Assembly: GCA_017447805.1 (NCBI GenBank)
Contig: JAFSMR010000006.1
Coordinates: 50,314-114,313 of the forward strand
Origin: Kiritimatiellia bacterium
GTDB taxonomy: Bacteria; Verrucomicrobiota; Kiritimatiellia; RFP12; UBA1067
DNA: 64,000 nt
Direction: 5' to 3'
Every line of letters starts with the position of its first letter. The first letter of the stretch is position 1. Both the position numbers and the translations under genes were made by a program. The notes under the pieces are model-generated. The model was not told the DNA's origin. It saw nothing but the letters and a program-made list of their open reading frames with translations, and did not search any database. Positions 16,085 to 22,603 of the stretch are shown here, one piece after another.

Positions 16085-17161
16085 ATGGCTTTTTTAACTG
16101 CCAAAGGAGTTCGTATCGCAGGTATCTCGGCGGCTGTTCCATCGTGTACTGAAGATGTTCGTTCGTTAAATACATTTTTATCTCTAGAAGAAGCTGAGAA
16201 ATTTATTGCATCTACTGGAGTTGTGCGAAAGCATGTATCGAAGAAGTTATTGTCAAGCGATTTGTGCGTGGCGGCAGCTGACCGATTGATTTTAGATTTA
16301 GGCTGGGAACGAGACAGTATTGATGGATTGGTTGTTGTTACGCAATCGCCTGACTTTTTTAGACCATCGAATGCTACATTGATACAAGATCGTTTGGGAC
16401 TTTCAAAAGAGTGTGCTGCGCTTTGCATTTCATTTGGTTGCTCTGGCTGGGTGTATGGCTTACAATCGGCTAGCGGTATGTTGTCTAATGGGCTTAAACG
16501 GGTTCTTGTTTGCTGTGGAGAAGGAATACAAGCATACCATCCCCTTGATAAAAGCACTTATCCATTGTTCGGATCTGCCGGTACATGTACTGCGATAGAA
16601 AGTTGTGCGACTAATAAGCCTACACACTTTCATTTAGCCACTGATGGATCGGGATGGCATGCTATTTATATGCCAGACGGGGGTTATAGATATCCTTTTT
16701 CAATGGATTCACTTACATTGCAAGAAGTTGAGGGTGGTATTAAACGAACGCGTCTTAATACCGCTATGGATGGAATGGATGTCTTTTCATTTGGTATATC
16801 AAAACCACCAAAGTCGATAAAGGCTTTGTGTGATAATTTTGACATCAATATTGCCGATATTGATTATCTACTATTGCATCAAGCTAATCTTCTTCTTAAT
16901 GCCAAGATTGCAAAAAAAGTATGTGTTCCCCCAGAAAAATGTCCACACAACATTGAAGAATTCGGTAATTCCTCTTCCGGCACATTGCCTTTACTTATGG
17001 TTACAAGACTTGCTGATAAATTGAGAAGCGAGCCTTTGAAATTTATCGGATGTGCTTTTGGTGTAGGTTTGTCTTGGGGAAGTGTTTATTTCGAGACAGA
17101 TAAACCAATCATTTCTGAACTTGTACTTGTGGAGGATTCATATGCTGCCGTTTACTCTTAA
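16085..17161 (+). CDS. 3-oxoacyl-ACP synthase III (FabH-like)
   Basis: 358 aa. Cys-His-Asn triad context: ISFGCSGWVYGL, LLHQAN, FGNSSSGTLP. Confidence 0.85.
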   Translation: MAFLTAKGVRIAGISAAVPSCTEDVRSLNTFLSLEEAEKFIASTGVVRKHVSKKLLSSDLCVAAADRLILDLGWERDSIDGLVVVTQSPDFFRPSNATLIQDRLGLSKECAALCISFGCSGWVYGLQSASGMLSNGLKRVLVCCGEGIQAYHPLDKSTYPLFGSAGTCTAIESCATNKPTHFHLATDGSGWHAIYMPDGGYRYPFSMDSLTLQEVEGGIKRTRLNTAMDGMDVFSFGISKPPKSIKALCDNFDINIADIDYLLLHQANLLLNAKIAKKVCVPPEKCPHNIEEFGNSSSGTLPLLMVTRLADKLRSEPLKFIGCAFGVGLSWGSVYFETDKPIISELVLVEDSYAAVYS

Positions 17162-17888
17162 TGGGAAGACGATTCTTATTACAGGAGCATCTTCAGGCAT
17201 AGGCAAAGGTATTGCTATCGCTTGTGCCGAGGCTAGGGCGAAATGTATCTTGATTGGGCGCAATCGTGATAGATTGCTTGAAGCCCAAAACGAGTGTGTC
17301 GGCAGTGGCCATGAAGTTGAAGTCGTTGATATAACGAATGAAAGCGAAATGTCGTCTCTGATCGAACGACTTCCTCAATTAGATGGCGTGGTACAAAGCG
17401 CTGGAATAGGAGATAACCACACGCCGCTTAAGTTTATTTCATCCAGTTTTTTTGATGAGATAGTTGCTGTAAACTTGAAAGCACCAATCTTGTTTCTTGC
17501 TAAACTAGAAAAGAAAAAACTATTAAACAAAGGTTCGTCCATCGTCTTTGTATCGTCAATTGCTAGTTTTCATGCTACACCTGCACATAGTCTTTATTGT
17601 GCGACGAAGGGAGGGATTACTGCGTTTGTAAAAGCTGCAGCACTTGATTTAGCAGGGAAAAAGATTCGTGTCAATGCACTAGCACCTGGGATGGTTAATA
17701 CGCCGCTTATAAAATTCGGAAGTATTACAGAGGAGCAACAAAGGATTAATGAATCACGATACCCGTTAAAGCGATATGGCGAACCAGCAGATATTGCAGG
17801 GGCGGCAGTATATCTTCTTAGCGACGCATCATGTTGGGTGACAGGGCAACAATTTGTCTTAGACGGCGGCATTACAATAGGCGGATAA
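17142..17888 (+). CDS. short-chain dehydrogenase/reductase (FabG-like ketoreductase)
   Basis: TGASSGIGKG cofactor motif and catalytic YCATK. Start set at ATG 17142 with SD GGAGGA at 17131. Overlaps the KASIII end by 20 nt. Confidence 0.88.
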   Translation: MLPFTLNGKTILITGASSGIGKGIAIACAEARAKCILIGRNRDRLLEAQNECVGSGHEVEVVDITNESEMSSLIERLPQLDGVVQSAGIGDNHTPLKFISSSFFDEIVAVNLKAPILFLAKLEKKKLLNKGSSIVFVSSIASFHATPAHSLYCATKGGITAFVKAAALDLAGKKIRVNALAPGMVNTPLIKFGSITEEQQRINESRYPLKRYGEPADIAGAAVYLLSDASCWVTGQQFVLDGGITIGG

Positions 17889-17952
17889 AAATAGTGAGAA
17901 CATAGGACCTAAATTCTCGGTTGAGAATAACTAAAATATAACCTGGAAGGAG

Positions 17953-17981
17953 AGAGGTCTCTTGGGCGGCCTCTTTTTTTC
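17953..17981 (+). terminator. intrinsic terminator after the SDR gene
   Basis: AGAGGTC-loop-GGCCTCT followed by TTTTTT. Confidence 0.7.
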
Positions 17982-18216
17982 TGTATAAATTCTCGATTTA
18001 ATTGTGCCGGCCCAGGTTAATTTCAGTATCGCTTCGGGAGGGAAGCGCTTGTCGCGTCTGGGAAAGGCTTGGCATTATCGGTCGCGACAAGCGCGCCCTC
18101 CCGCAAGATATGCTAACCTTAATCTGTCCATGGCAAATAAGAATGTAGGCAATCCCAATTCTTCCCTCGCACGAGTGCTAGCTCTACTTGAGTTTGAGGA
18201 GTGATTAGGGCGAAAT

Positions 18217-18468
18217 ACAAGCGCTTGCATTGTCATAATCAATTTCAGATATGACGATGCAAGCGGTTGTTTTGCCGGAATTGGTTTTGATTCCGATGGT
18301 GCAAGCGCTTGCTTTGTCGGAATTGATTTTGATTCCGACCGTGCAAGCGCTTGTTTTGCCGCGTTTGATTTCAAATATTGGAAAACAAGCGCTTGTTTTG
18401 CGATATTTGGTTTTGGATATCGAAAAGCAAATGGTTGCGAGAGGTCATAGCAAAGCGAGACGGCTTTG
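18217..18468. repeat. 42-bp tandem repeat array, family 1 (6 units, each with palindrome CAAGCGCTTG or a variant)
   Basis: Units start at 18217, 18259, 18301, 18343, 18385 and 18427, in exact 42-bp register. Confidence 0.9.
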
Positions 18469-18488
18469 CGACATTGCGGAAGGGTGAT

Positions 18489-18782
18489 GGGAAACGAAAA
18501 ATGCTCTTAAAACAAGCTCACAGGCTCCGCCATAAAGTGAAAGTGACCTTTGACGGGGTGCGCAAGCCCCGCCATAAAGTGAAAGTGACCTTTGACGGGG
18601 TGCGCAAGCCCCGCTAGAAAGTGAAACCTACTTTTGACGATGTACGAAAGCGCCGCTAGAAAGTGAAACCTACTTTTGACGATGTACGAAAGCGCCGCGA
18701 GAAAATGAAAGCTACTTTTGACTAGGTGCGAATGCTCCGCCAGAAAGTGAAAAATATCTTTGACGAGATTTGCGAGCTCTTA
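18489..18782. repeat. 42-bp tandem repeat array, family 2 (7 units, AAAGTGAAA...CTTTTGAC...CCGC)
   Basis: Units start at 18489 (degenerate), 18531, 18573, 18615, 18657, 18699 and 18741. Units 18531 and 18573 are identical, as are 18615 and 18657. Confidence 0.9.
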
Positions 18783-18795
18783 ACTATTCTTTTGT

Positions 18796-18975
18796 CGGCG
18801 GTGAGCGGGGCGACGCGCCCTACCACGGCGGCCACGCTTTGGCCGCCCATGCGAAGCGTTCTACATGATTCTACATGATCTACATGGTTAATTAACCCAT
18901 ACAACAAGCCTCCCCGGCGGTGAGCGGGGCGTGGTGTGTTACCAATACCAAGCTCAAGTAGTTTCGATGAATATT
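18796..18975. repeat. mosaic intergenic repeat block L2
   Basis: CGGCGGTGAGCGGGGCG occurs twice (18796, 18915). Three CTACATG words plus GGTTAATTAAC. The 61-bp segment 18915-18975 is repeated at 20115-20175. Confidence 0.8.
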
Positions 18976-18997
18976 TTCAGCAAGCCGCGCCGCCCTA

Positions 18998-19026
18998 TTG
19001 CACTTGAGCGGAGAATTTGGTATAAT
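18998..19026 (+). promoter_or_regulatory. promoter TTGCAC-N17-TATAAT (TG-extended), 10 nt before the ATG
   Basis: TTGCAC at 18998-19003 and TGgTATAAT at 19018-19026. ATG at 19037, with no SD in between. Confidence 0.55.
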
Positions 19027-19036
19027 ACCCCGCGCA

Positions 19037-19348
19037 ATGATAGAGCGAGATACAACAGCATTGTCTTTATCGCCTACCTACAAGGCGGGTAGGGCAGTTC
19101 TTTCTAACGATGGAAAATATTCATTTTTTTCCTATGATGGAAATGTTATAAAATTTATGACATCACCTCGTCTTGATAGATATGTAAAAGTAAATAAGTG
19201 GGATAATGGATATATAGAAGTTATTGCGCAGTATGGTGAAAAGAAAGTAGAAGAATATATCGACCTCATTCCGATTCTAAAAAACCTTTATATAAACCCT
19301 CAAACCTTTTTGAATCCAATAAAAGAAGTGGAGGTCACCAGTGCCTGA
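19037..19348 (+). CDS. hypothetical protein (103 aa)
   Basis: ORF begins 10 nt after a consensus -10 element. No family recognised. Overlaps the next ORF by 8 nt. Confidence 0.5.
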   Translation: MIERDTTALSLSPTYKAGRAVLSNDGKYSFFSYDGNVIKFMTSPRLDRYVKVNKWDNGYIEVIAQYGEKKVEEYIDLIPILKNLYINPQTFLNPIKEVEVTSA

Positions 19349-19562
19349 AGCTGTCACTAAAGATATCGCCGATGCAGCGGATATGATAGTCAACGGCTAT
19401 GCTTATTCATGTTGCGAAGATTATTTTCGCGTGCTTAACCTTCGTACAGGCAAGGCGGCCGTTATTAATAAGAACTTTGAAGTTATAGAAACAAATATGG
19501 ATGAAGTTGATTTATCCATGGCTTTGGGGTATTTGTCTGAAAACAAAAAGTTTATGAGGTAA
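19341..19562 (+). CDS. hypothetical protein (73 aa)
   Basis: Compact ORF coupled to its neighbours. No family recognised. Confidence 0.45.
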   Translation: MPEAVTKDIADAADMIVNGYAYSCCEDYFRVLNLRTGKAAVINKNFEVIETNMDEVDLSMALGYLSENKKFMR

Positions 19563-19567
19563 TTATC

Positions 19568-19846
19568 ATGCCAAAATATTATGGATTTAAGGTGTATGGT
19601 TATTATCTTTATTTCACATCTCATTGCATAGTTGAAGCAATGCATGTTCATGCAAGCGACGCAAAACTGACAGAATCTGGTTCGGCCAAATTCTTTGTTA
19701 AAGCAGATGGCGGAACACGCGTTGCAGAAAAAGGGCGATTATCTGATAAAGAAGTTTTAGGTATACAAGAATTTATAAAAATGCATTACAAAGAAATGTA
19801 TTTGCAGTGGGCTGAATTATCTAGCGAAGGCTTTTATCGGGGATAA
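19568..19846 (+). CDS. DUF4160-like small protein
   Basis: 92 aa. N-terminal YYLYFTS...EAMHVHAS resembles the DUF4160 pattern (Y-F-x-x-x-E-x-x-x-P-H-x-H). SD GAGG 5 nt upstream. Confidence 0.5.
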   Translation: MPKYYGFKVYGYYLYFTSHCIVEAMHVHASDAKLTESGSAKFFVKADGGTRVAEKGRLSDKEVLGIQEFIKMHYKEMYLQWAELSSEGFYRG

Positions 19847-19925
19847 TTTGAAGGTTTTCAATCGTCATTTAATCTTTGTATAATAGTCATTCATTTTGGG
19901 CGGGACGCCGACGGCCTGAGGTTGT

Positions 19926-20175
19926 TAAATGTTGCCAATTTCATGTTTTAGGTGAAGGATCAAGGTGAAGGTGAACAATGTTGCCAGTGTTGCCATTGTT
20001 GCCATTTCCAATTTCCATTTCCCAATTGGTTATTGGTATTGGTACTGGCAACATTTTCACATTGGCAACATTCCCCAAATTCCATTCTACGACTACAACT
20101 TTAAACTACAACTACGGCGGTGAGCGGGGCGTGGTGTGTTACCAATACCATGCTCAAGTAGGTTCGATGAATTAT
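19926..20175. repeat. mosaic intergenic repeat block L3, including a roughly 95-bp imperfect palindrome
   Basis: Module CCAATTTCATGTTTTAGGTGAAGGATCAAGGTGAAGGTGAACA (19935-19977) recurs at 21065-21107. GTTGCCA/CCAAT word palindrome centred on CCAATTGG (about 19977-20072). Module ...CTACGACTACAACTTTAAACTACAACTACGGCGGTGAGCGGGG. Confidence 0.8.
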
Positions 20176-20190
20176 TCGTAAAATTCGTTA

Positions 20191-20219
20191 TTGATTCATT
20201 CGGCGAATTATGGTAAAAT
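20191..20219 (+). promoter_or_regulatory. promoter TTGATT-N17-TAAAAT (TG-extended) of the toxin-antitoxin operon
   Basis: TTGATT at 20191-20196 and TGgTAAAAT at 20211-20219. Confidence 0.55.
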
Positions 20220-20250
20220 ACCTGCCAAAAGTCATAAAAGGAAGAATATA

Positions 20251-20508
20251 ATGCCCTTGATAAAACCAGTCTCGGATCTTAGAAACTATCCTGATGTCCT
20301 GAAAGGCGTGAAGGTAGGGCAACCTGTCTATCTTACGAAAAACGGCGAGGGTAGGTACGTTATTATCGATATCGAAGATTATTCTATCTTTGAAGAAGCA
20401 ACGCGCCTCGGCACGGAGCTAATGCGTGGACGAATTTCTGGGGAAAGAGAAGGGTGGATGTCGTCGCAAGCGATGCGAGAACATTTCAAGGAGCGCGCCA
20501 ATGTCTGA
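20251..20508 (+). CDS. type II antitoxin, Phd/YefM family
   Basis: 85 aa. N-terminal pattern PVSDLRNYPDVL...GQPVYLTKNGEGRYVIIDIEDY. Start set at the internal ATG 20251 behind SD AAAGGAAG. Confidence 0.8.
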   Translation: MPLIKPVSDLRNYPDVLKGVKVGQPVYLTKNGEGRYVIIDIEDYSIFEEATRLGTELMRGRISGEREGWMSSQAMREHFKERANV

Positions 20509-20818
20509 GTGCGAGGTTTTCTATTCACCTCTTTCCAGACGAGACCTTGACGACATATATTCATATATCAGCGTTGAACTCGCCAACCAATCGTCGGCGG
20601 CAGAAATTGTCGCCGACATACTTGATGCGGCGGATAATCTTGCTTCATTTCCCAATATTGGCGGATTTGTAAGAAATGTACCGTTCTTGGTGGGCGAATA
20701 TCGGTATTTGACTGTTCGCAACTATATTGTCTTTTATCGTTTGGCAGATAATAGTGTTTTTGTGGATCGTATACTCTACAACAAAAGAGATTACGCTCGA
20801 CTACTAGGACTTCAATAA
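20501..20818 (+). CDS. type II toxin, RelE/ParE family
   Basis: 105 aa. ParE-like pattern (Y..LS.RDLDDIY.YI, YRYL.VRNYIVFYR...V.VDRILY). Start overlaps the antitoxin stop by 8 nt (ATGTCTGA). Confidence 0.8.
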   Translation: MSECEVFYSPLSRRDLDDIYSYISVELANQSSAAEIVADILDAADNLASFPNIGGFVRNVPFLVGEYRYLTVRNYIVFYRLADNSVFVDRILYNKRDYARLLGLQ

Positions 20819-20933
20819 TAAAACTGTTACTTCATCGAGGGTGATATGGAAGCTTTTACATTAATTCCTAATTAGTAACGCATTTTGCAAAATGCGTTAT
20901 GGTTGTGACAGGGATCACGGGATAGAAAAGATT

Positions 20934-21180
20934 GGTGAATGTTGCCAATGTGAAAGTGTTGCCAATTCCAATGTTGCCAATTCCAATTTTTTCGGCGGCG
21001 GCCGCGGGGTGGTGAGTCCTACCTGTTTCTACATGTTCAACATGGTTAATCATAAAAAGAATCGCCAATTCCATGTTTTAGGTGAAGAATCAAGGTGAAG
21101 GTGAACATAGGTGACAATTCCATTCTCCAACTCCAACTCGAAACTCGAACTACGGCGGTGGGGCGGAGCTCACCGCGCCG
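20934..21180. repeat. mosaic intergenic repeat block L4
   Basis: GTTGCCAAT words. The CCTACCTGTTTCTACATGTTCAACATGGTTAATCAT module (inverse of 13211-13245). The GGTGAAG module (21065-21107). ...CGAACTACGGCGGTGGGGCGGAGCTCACCGCGCCG. Confidence 0.8.
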
Positions 21181-21207
21181 CAGGCGCAAAATAGTAACTT
21201 TAGGCTA

Positions 21208-21236
21208 TTGCGCCAAAGATGAAGAAATGCTATAAT
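21208..21236 (+). promoter_or_regulatory. promoter TTGCGC-N17-TATAAT (TG-extended) of serA
   Basis: TGcTATAAT at 21228-21236, only 14 nt before the ATG at 21251, with no SD. Confidence 0.5.
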
Positions 21237-21250
21237 ATGCGGCGTCTTCC

Positions 21251-22477
21251 ATGCGTGGTAGACAAATGTCCGTGATGAACTCTACGGAAGAAAGGTTAGA
21301 TAAAGTGAAGGCACAATACAAATATGCCTGCCTCAATCCTATTGCAGAGGTAGGTTTGGAAAAGTTAAGCGAGGAATACTCGCGTACTGAAAATGCGCAA
21401 GAAGCGCAAGTCATCTTCGTGAGATCTGCGAAGATGGATGAAATGGAGCCTGGCAAAGACCTGCTCGCGGTAGCGAGGGCTGGCGCCGGGGTAAACAACA
21501 TTCCTCATGCCGAATACGCGAAGAAGGGCGTGGTAGTATTCAATACTCCCGGCGCGAATGCGAATGGCGTGAAGGAGCTTGTTATCGCGGCGATGTTGCT
21601 CTCGAGCCGCGATATAATTGGCGGTGTAGAGTGGGTCAAGGCAAATGCCGCAGATCCCGCGATAGCCAAAACTGCGGAAAAGGCCAAGAAATCCTTCGCC
21701 GGAACTGAAATACAGGGCAAGAAGCTTGGAGTGATCGGTCTAGGCGCGATTGGCCAGAAGGTAGCCAATGCGGCAATTGGCCTTGGGATGGAAGTATACG
21801 GTTACGACCCATACCTATCGGTTGATGCGGCGTGGAATCTAGATCATTCCGTTAAGCACTGCCGGAATGTCGAGGCGATTTACAGCGCTTGCGATTTCAT
21901 AACGATACATGTTCCGGCGCTTGAATCGACGAAGGGGATGATTAATGCCGACGCGATAGCAATGATGAAGCGCGGCGTAATAATCATCAACGCGGCGCGA
22001 GATGCTCTAGTAAACGAGAAGGATATGCTAGCTGCAATCGAATCGGGCAAAGTAAGGAAGTATGTAAGCGACTTCCCGAACAGCGTAACGGCGAACGGGA
22101 AGGGCTGTGTAGTAATTCCGCATTTGGGCGCTTCGACAGAAGAATCCGAGGATAACTGCGCGGTTATGGCGGTAAAGGAAATTCGCGAATTCATCGAATA
22201 CGGCAATATCGTAAATTCTGTGAATTACCCCGCCTGTTCGCTCGGCGTGCCGACGAAAGAGGCGCGAATTGCGATTTGCCACAAGAATGTCGCGAATATG
22301 ATCGGTCAATTCACCTCGATTCTCGGTCAGGCAGGCGTGAACATCGATGCAATCGCGAATAAATCGCGCGGCGACTTCGCATACACGCTGATCGATGCCG
22401 ATTCGAAGATTCCAGCCGATGTAATCTCGGCGCTCGAAGCGAGCGATGCCGTTGTGAAAGTTCGCGTAATAAAGTAG
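21251..22477 (+). CDS. serA: D-3-phosphoglycerate dehydrogenase with C-terminal ACT domain
   Basis: 408 aa. 2-hydroxyacid dehydrogenase NAD motif GVIGLGAIGQKVA; catalytic region HLGASTEES; ACT-like tail. The start may lie a few codons downstream. Confidence 0.88.
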   Translation: MRGRQMSVMNSTEERLDKVKAQYKYACLNPIAEVGLEKLSEEYSRTENAQEAQVIFVRSAKMDEMEPGKDLLAVARAGAGVNNIPHAEYAKKGVVVFNTPGANANGVKELVIAAMLLSSRDIIGGVEWVKANAADPAIAKTAEKAKKSFAGTEIQGKKLGVIGLGAIGQKVANAAIGLGMEVYGYDPYLSVDAAWNLDHSVKHCRNVEAIYSACDFITIHVPALESTKGMINADAIAMMKRGVIIINAARDALVNEKDMLAAIESGKVRKYVSDFPNSVTANGKGCVVIPHLGASTEESEDNCAVMAVKEIREFIEYGNIVNSVNYPACSLGVPTKEARIAICHKNVANMIGQFTSILGQAGVNIDAIANKSRGDFAYTLIDADSKIPADVISALEASDAVVKVRVIK

Positions 22478-22525
22478 GCTAGATAAGTTTATAATAAGGC
22501 AACACAAGCCCGATTACGGGCTAAT

Positions 22526-22563
22526 CGACACGCGAAGCGCTTTATCAGGTGCTTCGCGTGTCG
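22526..22563 (+). terminator. terminator-like hairpin after serA
   Basis: 13-bp perfect stem CGACACGCGAAGC / GCTTCGCGTGTCG with a 12-nt loop. The T-tract is weak. Confidence 0.5.
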
Positions 22564-22586
22564 CTATTGCTTCTCGGCGGCAGTTG

Positions 22587-22595
22587 TGGTATAAT
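22587..22595 (+). promoter_or_regulatory. extended -10 element TGgTATAAT, 8 nt before the cstA ATG (leaderless candidate)
   Basis: The sequence reads TGGTATAAT-ATGCGGTC-ATG. Confidence 0.55.
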
Positions 22596-22603
22596 ATGCG
22601 GTC

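Noticed and set aside
18004-18617. Track ORFs 18004-18204, 18075-18374(-), 18251-18487 and 18378-18617
   Set aside because: They lie entirely in the tandem and inverted repeat field. They exist on both strands and in several frames. Their 'proteins' are periodic translations of the 42-bp units (for example KQALA.SESK.IP, HKVKVTFDGVRKPR). No start signals are present.
18217-18782. Possible CRISPR array, given the regularly spaced repeats
   Set aside because: The whole 42-bp unit repeats. There are no unique spacers between constant repeats, adjacent units are duplicated wholesale, and no cas genes are in the window.
18796-21180. Integron-like cassette array (attC sites, CALIN)
   Set aside because: The repeat blocks do not show the R''/L''-L'/R' organisation or GTTRRRY/RYYYAAC core sites. 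Each module has its own promoter, and no intI is present. The blocks are better described as mosaic intergenic repeats.
12972-21250. Prophage, integrative conjugative element or IS element
   Set aside because: No integrase, transposase, relaxase, or capsid/terminase genes are present. There are no terminal inverted repeats and no tRNA-derived direct repeats at the borders. Mobility cannot be supported from this window.
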